Positions 25,794 to 39,000 of a stretch of DNA of 64,000 bases are shown one piece after another. The translations under genes and the position numbers were made by a program. Source of the stretch: Octopus bimaculoides. Lineage: Eukaryota. The stretch lies in the NCBI RefSeq assembly GCF_001194135.2, contig NC_068983.1, positions 62,298,825 through 62,362,824 on the forward strand. The letters run 5' to 3'. The notes beneath the pieces are model-generated. The model had not been told where the DNA came from, did no database searches, and saw only the letters and a list, made by a program, of their open reading frames with translations. Each line of letters opens with the position of its first letter. Position 1 is the first letter of the stretch.

Positions 25794-26095
25794 CATGGCG
25801 GTGTGGTATGAAGCTTGCTTCCCAACAGAATCGTTAGCCCGCCGGGCGAAATGCTTAGCAGCATTTCTTCTGTCTACATGTTCTAAGTTAAAATTCCGCC
25901 GAGGTCGACTTTGCCTTTCATCCTTTGGGATCGACAAATTAAGTACCAGTTGAGTACTGGGATCAATGTAATCGACTTAACCCTCCCCCAAAATTTCAGG
26001 CCTTGTGCCTATAGTAGAAAGGATTATTAGTTCTCTCTATAGAGCGGCGAGCTGGTAGAATCGTTGGCGCGCCGAGCAAAATGCTTAGCGGAATA
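25794..26095 (+). mobile_element. CORE-SINE head joined to a Meta-type SINE, followed by a second truncated SINE head
   Basis: GGCATGGCGGTGTGG...TTCCCAAC then GAATCGTTAGCCCGCCGGGCGAAATGC...CCTTGTGCCTATAGTAGAAAGGATTATT. Confidence 0.65.
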
Positions 26096-26119
26096 AAAGA
26101 AGAAAGAACGCCGTACAAA

Positions 26120-26620
26120 ACTAAAAACTGCAGGAGCTATATCTGAATGGTGTAGAAGATGCAAGATTTGCTTGGCCGAGAGGAGAATCCTAAAAACACT
26201 CACACAAACCAGATGGCTTCCTGAACTCAAAGAATGAGCTATTTTGCTGTTGCCCTCTTAAAAGGAAATTCGTTCTGACAACGTGACCTTTCTCTTTTAA
26301 GGATTAGAGAAGAGAAAGCATGGGCACATGCACAACAACTGATTCCCTTACGAACTGCTACAATCATCCTATCGAGGTAGGGGACAACTTTTTTTTCCCT
26401 CCTACTTTTTACCATTACTGAGCACACCAGAACAGTGATATTTACTTCCAACATAACAGAGGCTACGCACTTCCGGCCAGCATATATGAAGAGTTGCCAA
26501 TATATCCTAACGCAGTAGTTTGCAGGAAACCGTTGGTAACATTCCAACCAGTTTTATGGCATAACAAGGAATACTGGGTTTGACAATATAAAAGTATAAC
26601 CACTCAATTTCTCTTTTAGA
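26120..26620 (+). mobile_element. Possible very decayed BEL/Pao integrase remnant
   Basis: Ordered but frame-broken motifs CRRCKIC / NQMA / KEIRSDNVTF / EATHFRPA / (QF)WHNKEY. Confidence 0.3.
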
Positions 26621-26694
26621 GAGAGCTGGTTCCTGATTTATGGACAACTACCTCATAATATATTTACATACATACATACATACAACTTAAAAAT

Positions 26695-26785
26695 TGAAAC
26701 TATCACGTTAGAACACAACCGGCTAGACATCGTTGTGTTGGACCACAAAGAAAAGATATGTTCTGTTGTGGAAATCAGATTGCCT
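26695..26785 (+). mobile_element. Short R4/Dong-like RLE fragment
   Basis: ITLEHNRLDIVVLDHKEKICSVVEIRLP. Confidence 0.5.
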
Positions 26786-26807
26786 CACCATTTGTCTCTA
26801 GGTAACA

Positions 26808-27090
26808 GGTAGATGCCTCATTTGGGAAGCCACTGCCAGTAGCTCCTTTGCTTCCCCCTATATTCTGGATGCCTCGGTAAATGAGAGGGTCACTGGTTCC
26901 GTAGCCAAACGGAACAAAATCCTTAAGTATCGGGACTTGTCAGTGAACCATTTCTTCTAGACTCTGGTGTTTGCAACGTTTGGAGGGGCTGAGGCACTAA
27001 CGGCGAAGTTCCTGTCACAGTTAGCGGCTCGCCTCACCGAGGTGTCAAGTGATGCCCATGAAGGAACTTGACTGTTCGAACAGTCAAGCT
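26808..27090 (+). mobile_element. CRE-clade non-LTR retrotransposon RLE C-terminal fragment
   Basis: GRCLIWEATASSSFASPYI...RNKILKYRDL..HFF*TLVFATFGG..ALTAKFLSQLAARLTEVSSDAHEG. Confidence 0.6.
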
Positions 27091-28149
27091 CCTTCACGGA
27101 CATCACTTTACTTCAGTAATTTCAACCATGTAACCAAATCGCAGAATAATCCATCTTTAATATTATTCCACCCTTTCACTTTAGATTATGCCATTTTTTT
27201 TTAAACGATCATACACAGAATTGTTATGAACATTTCAATTATTATTCCGTATGTACGCAGGTAATAAAGTGAACCATTTTACACATGACGAAGCTGGTTA
27301 TTTGAGGTGAAAGAATAGTACTTAGACCATCAAGAACAAGAATTGAACTCAGAATGTATAAGTGCGAAAATAAACACTAAATAGCGTTACATTTGGATTT
27401 CCCTATAATAAAATTAATGGCAGAATTTTAGAATCTCAAGACGTAAATAGTTAAATTTTGTTACATAGACGTAATATAAATATTAGAAGAGTTATTTCCC
27501 TTGGTAACTAATTTCTTAGTTTTTCCCCTTTAATTTTCTTGTTTCCACCATTTGTGTTTTCTTCTCTGGGTTCTTTCAGAAATTTATTTTTGTGGCCCTC
27601 TTCATAAGCGTTATCATTTGAGGAAAAGTATTTTAACGTTCAGTGCATATCAATTACAATTGTATCATATAGAGAAGCAGAGTATAGTTTACAAAAATAA
27701 CATTACTATGTGGTTAAAAGTTCAATTGAATAAAGTAAATAAAGCGACGATTGCTGTTATTTTACCTTATTGAATTGTGAAATGAAAATATAACATTAAT
27801 ATCATACCTCGAGTTGGGAAAAAAATACACCCAATACACAAGGGTGAATAGAGATAGCAACTAACTTTATTGCATTTACTGCTGCATACTTCTGAAATTT
27901 AGTAAATGCCATTTCAACATGGTTGTCATATACATATTGTTAGCTAGATTGTACATAATTTATGCTGCAGAAATAAGCAGGATGAAATGCGTATTATGAT
28001 AAGCTAATCATACATACAGCAGTTAAATCTGAGTGTCACCATAGAATGTTTTCATCTGGCCTCTAAGAATTATGGTGAAGTCCATTGGAGGCCATATGAT
28101 TTCTACAGAGAATCAATAATTTAGAGTATACATGTTGCTGTAAAACCAC

Positions 28150-28660
28150 AACCACATAGAAATACACTAATGTTATCCAATGCCCAAGACAAAAGTAAAA
28201 TCAACAGATGCAAGTGCTACCAGTCGAAAGCTCTGCATACCAGAATCCAGCAAGTGTATGAGATCATTAAGAGAGAATGTGCGCCATTTTGGGGCCTACC
28301 TTTGGACAGTATCATTGCACACCAGCCCCACCTCACTAGATCAACTGGTTATCAAATATAGCTCAATATTCCTCTAGCCATCACTCATCATCTCTTTTTA
28401 CCCAAATCCACTGGCTAGCTTTTCCACTGTAGTTTGGATATTGTTCATGGTGGTATTTACTTTATGATGAGTTAGGCGTAATGATAAGAACAGTCACGTC
28501 ACACTCTGTACAACAAATCCTCTACATCTGACTTCGATTGGAAAGTGCTCTACTTTCCACCCTGCATCTTCACATTCCGCTAGGAGGTTTACATAATGGT
28601 GTGACCATTGCATCTTCTTCACTGGTATAATAAATTCAGGACTAGTTTATCCAGTGTATA
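28150..28660 (-). mobile_element. HERO-clade non-LTR retrotransposon 3' fragment
   Basis: EFIIP.EED...HYVNLLAECEDAGWKVEHFPIEVRCRGFV...KASQWIWVKRD, matching the ELTVPWEE / PIEVGCRGF / AS.WIW pattern. Confidence 0.55.
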
Positions 28661-29324
28661 TATTATTAAGATGTAGGTTAATATTTGAGGAAAAATTTTG
28701 TAAGATAAGCAACTTCACAGAGGCTGCCTGAATATGACTACTTAACATGCTGACATAGTTTAAGCAATTGTGAAGCAGAGCAAATACTCATTTCAAGCTT
28801 ACATCATCTGATCAGTGAAGACAAACTTCTTGAGATGCCATTCCACCACTTCTTCACAAGATCTTCCTCTACTAATAATACTTTTCACTGTCAAACAGTA
28901 CATATCCAATCATCTTTCATTGTCTGTTTAGAAAGATTGTCCAAATTAGTGCAGTTGATTCTCCAATACACTTCAGATGATCCCTTTAATGTTCACTTTC
29001 TCTCTTGATTCTTCACTTTTAGTGCAGGTTGTTATTGTTTAGACCAGCTAAGCTCTTATCAACATATAACTGAAAGCAATTGAGCCATGACAACTTCTAT
29101 CCAGACACAGTGAATCAAAGACAACATTACACAATATTCTTTCCAATGTTGGTAAAGTAGAATTTGAGAGAGATCCGAGTGCTATACATTTCACATCAAG
29201 CTCCCCTCATTGATTCATTCCAGAAGATTTACATATCAACTACATGCCCAGGCAGAAGTTACAATTAACAACAAATCCAAGTAAATTAAAAACACAGTAA
29301 CACTACAATAAAAAAAATAAAATA

Positions 29325-29330
29325 TTTATT
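29325..29330 (-). terminator. Candidate NAT10 polyadenylation signal AATAAA
   Basis: The minus strand reads TGA-TGC-AATAAA, then a T/GT-rich tract (TATTTTATTTTTTTTATTGTAGTGTTACTGTG). Confidence 0.4.
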
Positions 29331-29333
29331 GCA

Positions 29334-29424
29334 TCATTTATGCTTCTTGGATTTCTTGAATTTTTTTGATTTCTTCTGGCTAGTATTTTCTTCCACCTCC
29401 TTCAGTTGACGTTTCTGCCTGATA
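29334..29424 (-). CDS. NAT10: NAT10 terminal coding exon 21 (91 nt to TGA), Lys-rich NLS/NoLS-like tail
   Basis: IRQKRQLKEVEENTSQKKSKKFKKSKKHK*; acceptor T-tract ttgtag; phase fits exon 20. Confidence 0.9.
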
Positions 29425-32400
29425 CTACAAAAAAAAAAAACATTAGTGACTACTATGATTTTGCATAAAAACATACATATGCTGTTTGTTACTCAACACA
29501 CCTAAGTGCACATGAACATATCAAATATGACTTTACACCAATAAACATATATACATATTTTTGATATGTTTAACATTGACAATGAAAAAGTTGACAGTAA
29601 CTTTGAAGTTTCAGCTTGCCTTGAACAGACTGAAAAGTATTCAGTAACTCTTCACTTAATTGTTAAATTGTTTTCATATTTAACTTGACATCAATGTGCC
29701 CCAGCATGGCTGCTATCTAATGACTGAAACAAAGTTAAAGGTTTATAACAATTCAATTATCACACTCTTTAATGTTGTATATCTCAGTGTTCAGGTAATG
29801 GCAATAATGCTTACATGCAAGTGATTCTCTATCTTTGAAGCATCATAAGGAAATGGTCAAATAGCATTACCAAATAGACCCCTTAAGTGTATACCACTTC
29901 TAATGGTAAGCTACCACTAACCATAGAGTAGTTGTGGTTGTCTGGATATTCACAACCTGCAGATCATATTTAAAATAATGAAGATAAAACCTGAAAACTA
30001 AGATTGAGAAACATGATCTTGAAAATATATGTAAGTACAACATAGTGAGTATTATATCACTTCACCCTTATTATATTTCGTTGTTTGTGTCAGGTACAGA
30101 TTGCAGTTATGCCTAGGCATCGCCTACAAGAGTTTCAGTTAATTATATTGTCTCCAGTACTTAGTCAAAATTACATTTTATCAATCTTAAGCTACTGAAA
30201 AGATGCATTCAACAGAGTCACGTCCCTTCAAGAAATTACCTCCCTGAGGATGTAAATAAAAGAACTAGCGTGATTGAATTCACAACTAGGAGACAGTGAA
30301 GCAAATTTCTTAACAACACTGCCATGTCTGCACCCATATCCCTTCCTTATTCTCCATCGACCACTGCTAATATACCCAGCATGTCCTCTCAAAAAGTTAT
30401 ACACTAATATTCTTGCATAGCCACTCAAACTCATGGATATTCAGTTGAGATGAATAGGTACAATATGGTATAGAGGAAGTTTTCTTAGAAATATAATTCT
30501 AGGGAATACAAGCAAACACAGCATGGAGAGCCTTTCAAAGAGACAGAGGTGATAATGAGAAGAGAAGGATGCATTTTAGCCCGCCTGAGAGTACAACAAA
30601 ATAGTAGAGAGATGAAGAGAAACAGAAAGAAAACAACAAACCAATTTGAAACTATAAGACAGCAGCACAGAGACTGTTGGTGGTGGTAGTACAGAATTAA
30701 CTAACCTTTTGATACTGATACTTTTGAAATTCTTCTTCCCAGTAGAGAGAGCCAAATTCCACTGATCTTCATCTCCCTTCACAGCAAATTGACTGAGCTC
30801 AGATTCCTCCAGGATTGGAGCTATTTTCTTTCTCATCTCCTCTTTGATTTCTACAGCAGCAGCATCCTGAAAGGGAATCATGCCAATTTAATCTTCATAT
30901 AACAGTTGATAAAAATTTCTTACCAAGGAACAAGGTTTCAAATTTAGGAGTTGGGGTATAGTCAATTATAGCAACCCCACAACTTGATGGCTAATTTATT
31001 TCATCAACAAATCTAACCAAGGTGAACGTCATGGGATTTGAATTCAGAATGCAACTAATTGCTGCAAAGTATCAGGTCATTAAGAATGAAATGTCCAATT
31101 TTCTTATGCACCAAGTTTGACAGTTGTAAACTCTAATGCTTTATCCTGACAATTCTCTGTTTTACAACACTGAAGAATTACATTATCACTTTTTGAAATG
31201 CAATTCATGGTGTCTGATTATATTGTGAGTTTTCTCTAGTAAATCAATTTCTGTGAACCCATGGATAGATAAAAAATTCGAGTTGTTTAAGAATAGGAGT
31301 TCCGTCATGGAACCAATGCATCCCAGACAGCTCAAAACATCAATGAGGTGTTTGGTGAAGATGTGGCGAATGAGCTCACTGAACATTGATGGATTGAGAA
31401 GTTCCAGTCTGGTGACCTTACACCTGAAAATTAGACCCGTGGCAGACCTGATACCAAGGTGGATAATGATGAGCTGGAAACTAGTGGAAGCAGATACTTC
31501 TCAAACTATGCGCGAGTTAGGAGCAAGGTTTGATGTTTCGATTCCAACTGTATTGGACCATCTGAAACAAATCAGCATGGTAAAGAAACTGGACAAATGG
31601 GTACCACACAAACTCAACGTGCATCAAATGACATGTCTTGAAACTTGCTGTTCTTATCTGTCATGGCATAAAAGCGAACCATTTTTGCATTGTATTGTTA
31701 CGTGATGAAAAATAGATTCTTGTCAAAATAGCAAGTGTTCTGCACAGTGGCTGGATAGAGATGAAGAGCCAAAACACAATCCAAAGAAGAATATTCACCA
31801 AAAAAAGCTAATTGTGTCTGTTTGGTGGTCCAGCACTGGTGTCATCCACTACAGCTTCATGAGACCTGGTAAGTCAATTACAAAGGATGTATACATCAAC
31901 CAATTTGATGAAATGATGAATGAGCTTGCAATTAAACAACCAAGATTGGTCAATAGAGACAGGCCAATTCTCTTGCAAGACAATCACATGTTGCACAAAG
32001 AATGCTACTCAGGAAATGAACTTGGAAGTACTCTGTCATCCACCATATCCACCAGACATTGTACCAACTGACTATCACATTTTTCAGGCATTAGACAACT
32101 TTTTGAGAAAACTTTAAATCTGAAGAAGATGCAAAAACAGCCTTTTGTGATTTCATCACCACTTGCTCTCCAGAATTCTTCACTGCTGGCATAAATAAGC
32201 TACCAATAAAATTGATTAACTCCATTGCTTTTTGTTGAGATAAAGTAAAACAAACTTTCAATTCAAAATTGGACATTTCATTCTTAATGACCTGATATTT
32301 TGTCTGACAAACAGTTAATAAAATGAACACTTTACAGCTGCAGACTGGTACAAACAGTAGTCAGTTGATCTACCACAACACTATAATGCTCTGGCAGTGT

Positions 32401-32970
32401 AAATACTATTATCAGTGGTCATACCACAACCATCTTCATGGCCCTAAATCCTGAGATCAAATTTGACCATTACTAAGGTCATTCGTGGCCACTCTCTAAC
32501 ACAAGTAACCTCCACCAATACATACCATTTTACCACTCAACACTCATCTCATCCATTCTTATTGCTAATTATACCATTGCCATCATCTCTCCAATGTATA
32601 TTGGCAGATGTCTTTAATGCCCATCTGGTGTTTCAGCAGCTCACTACCATCATCCTGCAGGTGAACGATACCTGTCTGATTAATTAAACCCACTTAATTT
32701 TTTTCAGCCTTTGTCAGTATTTCATATCAACTACTACAAAGCACCATACTTTCTTTAATAGGTTTCATACAGGCTACCCACATCAGGTCGAGAGAGAAAA
32801 AGAAACCTCCTGTTGCTAAGCAGTGCGACATTGAAAAAGTGACAAGGAAACAGGGTTTTATATCGCTCATTTGTGAGCAATAATATTGGCAACTGGCTAA
32901 TCATTAGCAGGATGTGTTGAAGCAACTCAAACAAACAAAATAAAAAACAGCCGTAGTCATTTTATTGGCA

Positions 32971-33004
<34 letters not shown>

Positions 33005-36000
33005 CACACACAGAGTTTATTTCTACACAGTTATCTATCAGTTTTCATTTACAAGTCATTTGCTCAACTTGAGACTATCACCGAAGGCACTTGTCCCACA
33101 AGCAATCACTGAGATTGAAAGTAGAACAACATAGCAGGTCAAGCAAACTTCCTATTCACATGGCCATCTTTGTTCACTCTAAGTTTCCACTAAGGAACTT
33201 ACCAATTCATCATCCAGACTCTGTGGCACTGGTTCCATGGTAATTTTGTGTTCCTTCACAAGCGTCTGCTCCACAGATTTCTCAACAATAGAGTTAAGAT
33301 GCTGTTAAGATAAAAAAAAAAAATTTCAATCAAGAGAAAAAATTAACAAATGTTTCATATATAAACAAATAATCAAAATACTAAACAGAAACAATTTACA
33401 AGTATGGCTAATTTTCCACAATTATTTTTTAATTTTATGTACTGAAATGTGTACTATATCATCATAGCTAGAAATATTTGAGTAAGATATCATTATTATT
33501 GGTCAGTGTGTATGGAGAGGTAGGATTCTGGTCTAACAGAGGAGCCTAAGTAGTCAGTCAACTTGCTGCAAATACCAGCCATATATTTCTAAAAGCACAC
33601 CCTATTGACCTAAATAAAAGATACACATGACATATCTAGTTCTAGAGATAAGATATGGGATGTTCTTGACTGAAATGTTTTAGATCAAACGAGTATTCAA
33701 TCAATGCAGACCTAGGGTTAAGCAACAACCAAAAATGTATTGAAAAGAAGCCCCTTTAGCTTGGCTGTTCTCGAGATTACACTGTGTTACCTTTCTGCCT
33801 ATATACTTGTTGGTAGAACAAATGATTATACATCAGTATTGGCATAGAGGTAGTGACTGGATTGGTGTTGGAAGCTGTACCAATATAGAATTGACTATAG
33901 TGGTATGGTGATAGCTGAACCAAAATAATACAACTTGTTACAGTGTTAGTACAAGGTAAGTGTAGAGTTATGGTGATGACTAGCTCCAGGTCACTTATGA
34001 GTAGAACTATAATCAAAGGCACACCAGGTGTAAACATTTTGTTGTTTTAGGATGTGCAATGTATTCTTCCTTTTTCTTTTATTAAAGATGATAAGATGTG
34101 ATGAAGAACAGCAGGCCGAGTAACTGCATAGAAGCGCCATCATGGGCTCATTGTCTAAGGCACAGTCAAAGGTCATTTACTTATAACTAAATCAAGTTAC
34201 TCAACTCTAACAAAGCAGCAACAGAATAACCACACAGCCACACACATCATGAAACTGAATTACTGTAATTGAACCTACATAACCAATAAGTGAAGCAGAA
34301 CAGCAACTGTCGTACACCAACACAACCCAGTATGACCACTAACAATATACTATACAGTACTGTTATTATGCCAACAACAAATTACACAGAATTATTGCTA
34401 TACCAACAGCACATTGCACAGTAACGTTGCTATGCCAACAATGAACTACACAGTGCTGTTGCTATGCAAACAAGAAGCTACATAGCCATATTGCTATGCC
34501 AACAACATTTTACAGATTCATATTGCTTTGCTAATAACAAACAATACAGTACCTTTCTTATGGCAACAACAAATTACACAGCCATTGGCTATACCAGCAA
34601 ATTTGATTTGAGCAATATAATCAAAGTAAGACATGAGATTACCTGGACAACTTTGCGAATAATTCGGTTGTAGAGACCCAGCAATTGACTGGCAGCGAGT
34701 CCTAGGTTTTTCTCTAGATCGTCAACTGTCTTATGTTGCAGACCGATGCCAAGTAGCAAAGCCTGAAAGAAAACGCCAGAAAGGAATTAGTCGCATAACT
34801 GAAACATCCAATGTGAAAGTTAGTACACCTCTTTCTCAAGCAATACTTTCTTCATCAACTATATACATCATCATCATCATTTCACATCCATTGTCTATGC
34901 TGGTATGAGTTGGATGGTTTGACCAGAACTGGCAGGCCAAAGAGCTGCACCATGCTCCAACCTGATTTAGTATGGTTTCTACGGCTAGATGCTCTTCCTA
35001 ACCTCAAAAACTTAACAGAGTGGGCTGGGTGCTTGTACATGGCACTGCACTAGTGCTTTTATGTGGCACCACACAGGTGATACCTTCCTCCAGTCACATC
35101 CTCTCCCCTTTATTGCACTCCATCCTCAGAACCACTTCTATTCCTCATTATCTTCTTCCAGCCATGTTATACCCAATCCTTAACACCCCTTTAATCTGCT
35201 ATACTCCCAATGTCGTCTCATATCTAACATAATCCCCACCCCTCAGCCAGTCCTATATCTCTCACTTGTATCACATTTAACCATCTCCTCACTCATGTTC
35301 TTATGAGACATACCCTTCTATCACCCCTTGCCTGTTCACCCAGACCAATCCTCTGTATCACTTCACCTATATTCATCCCATCACTGCACCTTGAGGTTTA
35401 TGTCCTGACAAATATCTACCATCCTCACTCACTTTTTCCATTTCTATCTTTCTAAGTCTCACTTCCTCTACTTTCTTCTAGTGCTGAAGTATCCTTAAAT
35501 CTCTTCTACAGCAGACTATGTTATTCCCTCCGTTATTCTTTTAACCTCTCATGAACTGGCACAAAGCCAACTCTCTCAACATTACTTCGCACAGGCAAGG
35601 GGGTCTTTGTTTTTCAAGTAGTTTCACAACATTCCCGTGCTACTGCCATGAAGAAAGCACCCAGCAGACTCTGTAATGTGGTTGGCATTAGGAGAGGCAT
35701 CAAGCCATAGAAACCAGGCCAAATCAGAATACAAAGCTTGGCAGTCCTCTGACTTGCCACCCCTTGTCAAACCATCCAACCCATGCCAGCATGGAAAATG
35801 TATACACACACACACACACACACAATCAGCAAGGAAAATGGATGTTTAATGATGATGATGATAATAATAATGACATAAATTAAACAGAAGTTATTTTTAA
35901 TTTATATCTGATAAGAGAAAAGGCCAGGAAGGACTTGAATAGATATGCTTTGGAGTAGTGTTGAATGCAAAGACCCAGCAGTCTTCAGTCTCTGCAGTGT

Positions 36001-39000
36001 TGTAGTACTACTAATAAAATGCAAGATTGGAAATAAGAGGCAAGTATGAAATGGAAAAAAAAAACAAAAAAAAACATGTACAAAAGTAGTAGCAGTAATA
36101 ATAAACACCAAATATGCACTAGACTAGTGTGCACAAGAGTATAATACAGGGTGGATTAAATCCATGCCCACTATGGCAGAGGGTTGCTGATTCACTAGAA
36201 CACTGGAAACAGACAACTCATGTATTTAGTTATCTCCCATCATGTTGCAAGTTACAACACTGCCTACCTTCACTTAGCTTTTCATTCCTCTTAGGTTGAT
36301 AAAGTAAGTACTGCAGTTGATATAATTAACAATATTATGATTTCTCAAAGACAAAATCGTAAGCCAGTGTTACAACTGATTGAATTATCGGCAATATATG
36401 ACTAATGTTACATACTCTGTTAATCTCAGATGGATGTATGAATGGTAGAGTCGGCTCTAGCAGGATCTCAATTTAGAACATAACTCAATACAGCAAATAA
36501 CTATTTCTACTATACCAACTCCATACAATGAATAGGAATGGATTCTGTTATTGGTGCAAGGACAAACACTTTAGAAAGAGGGTGTTGCAGTAAATTTTAT
36601 TGGAATATCATTTGTTCAGAAGGTATAAATAGCTAGATTTGGGCTCAGAATACAAAGGATTGTAGCCATGTACTGTGAGGCCTTCTTTGTGGCAACCTTC
36701 TGTTTCTAGATTTCTAAACCAGAATAATGGAAAAGAATTTCTTGTATTGGAGCAAGTAAAGTGTGATCTTATTGTTGCATAGAAAAATAATTCTTCCTTA
36801 ATCAGTTAAGTTTGTTTCTATTAAGTCTGTGAAAAGATTGAATTTTATAGTTGAAGTAAAATAAGTCTCATTAAATTGATATATGGCAATATCGGTGGAG
36901 CATCAGACTAAAAATGTTGTGGTATTTAGTTATATCTGTTACGATTCTGAGTCAAAATACCACCCATACTGACTTTGGCTTTCATCTTTCCCAGGTCAAT
37001 GTATTAAGTACAAGGATCAATGTAATTGTCTAAACTCTTTTAATGACAGTGTTCCACCAATTAGAACTGATTAAATCCCAAATTGATGTAGGAATACCAG
37101 TTATGTTAATACAAGTATATTGGGGTATTCTAATGATGATGATGATTGGGTTGGAGAGGCAGGGATGCAGGAAGTGAAAGATAAACTAACGAACTGGAAA
37201 GACAATAAAAATATGAAGTAAAGAACTGATGCAATAACCCCCCCCCCCCCCAAAAAAAAACCGGAAAAAACAACAGATAAACAGAAACTAATTGTTTTAC
37301 CTGTTGCACAGCACTGAGATGAAGTTCAGGTAAGCGTTGGAGAAAATACAGTTCAGCAATTGTTGGCATCAGATCCATGATCAGATGATAGTCTATCATA
37401 TTTTGGGAATATAACTCCAGTCGCTTTAAGTCAAATACAGTCAGTTTGAAATCCAATTCCTGTTTTGCCAGAGCTACAACCAAAAACAACAAGTTAATAG
37501 AATGCATCATATGATCCCCAGAAGTATATGCACTGTTGATATTAAGACACTGAAACTTGACTGTTGGAGACATATTTTTACTGATTTCAGTCAATAGGCT
37601 TTCTACATCATGAACAGCAACAGTGTTATTTCAAATTGCTTTAGACACCCATCTTTCCCCATCAACCTACATAAAGAAGACAACTTTTATGCCCAGCCAG
37701 TTTGGACTGTGACTGGGTTCTCTGTTGGGAATTAAAGGACCTTTCATATCGTAGAAGTAACCTTTATTCTCAGTAGCTTAAAAATGCAACTGTAAGCTCA
37801 CTTAGTATCCCTACACCAGAAAGAGATGTTTGTTTCTCAGCCATAGTGAAGGCAACCCAAATAGAAACTCCAAATATGAAAGGAAACCCAACAAGAGCAG
37901 TAGTTACTCTGAATGAAAACTAATATTGAATACACTGTTGTAGCAGACAACCTATCTTATGATAAAATACAAGAAAAAGTCCATGATGTGAAGTAATTAG
38001 AAATACAAAAGCCATCTAGCTCTAGGAATCCTGTATAAAAGAAAAAAAATATGTACTTTGCTTTGTCACTCAGATTCACTAGAGGAGTAGGCTGAGTAAT
38101 TTTTATGGTCCTAGGGTCACAATCATCATCATCGTTGTTTAACGTCCGCTTTCCATGTTAGCATGGGTTGGATGATTTGACTGAGGACTGGTGAAACCAG
38201 ATGGCTACACTAGGCTCCAATCTGATATGGCAGAGTTTCTACAGCTGGATGCACTTTGAATTTAAGAGTACCAGAAATATACATTCATTATGCTTAATGT
38301 TTGAAAAGATTTGAAAATACTGGGTTCAAATTTTGGCACAAGGAGGTAAGTTGACAACATCAACCCCAGTGCTTGATCGATACTTATTTTATTGACTCCA
38401 AAAGAATGAAAAGCAAAGTCGACCTTGGCAGAATTTGAACTCAAAGATAGATGAAATGCTACTAAGCATTTTCCCCAGCATGCTAACAATTCTGCCAGTT
38501 CAGCACCTTAAGATTTAAAAATATTAAAACTTAAGCAAAAACAAAATAATGCTTGAGTCAATAAGGAAACATCTATATGACCTGCTAGAAATATTAACTA
38601 AACCTTCTTCAAATCACATCCAATTGTCTTAAAAAAAAGACACATTGGGATATGTAGTCCTACATATACATGGCTGTATGGGCATAGATCATATATTAAT
38701 ATTGGAACTTGTAAATAAGGAGATGACATGACAACACTCTACTTACCTACTGCTTCTTCTTTACAGTGTTTCTGTTGGAGAATACTAAGTGCAGTGCTGC
38801 AGCTGAAGAAACGGAACTGGTAAGAACACAGGGAAATGAAACGACGACGGAAATCTAAAGTAAGAGAGAAATTTGTGAAATAATGTAAACATACAAAAAG
38901 AAATACAAAAAAATAAAAGCCTACAGGTGTGTGTGTGTGTACACAGGAAATATACATACATTAGGAGTGAAGAGTCCACACTTTGTGAATTACAAATAAA

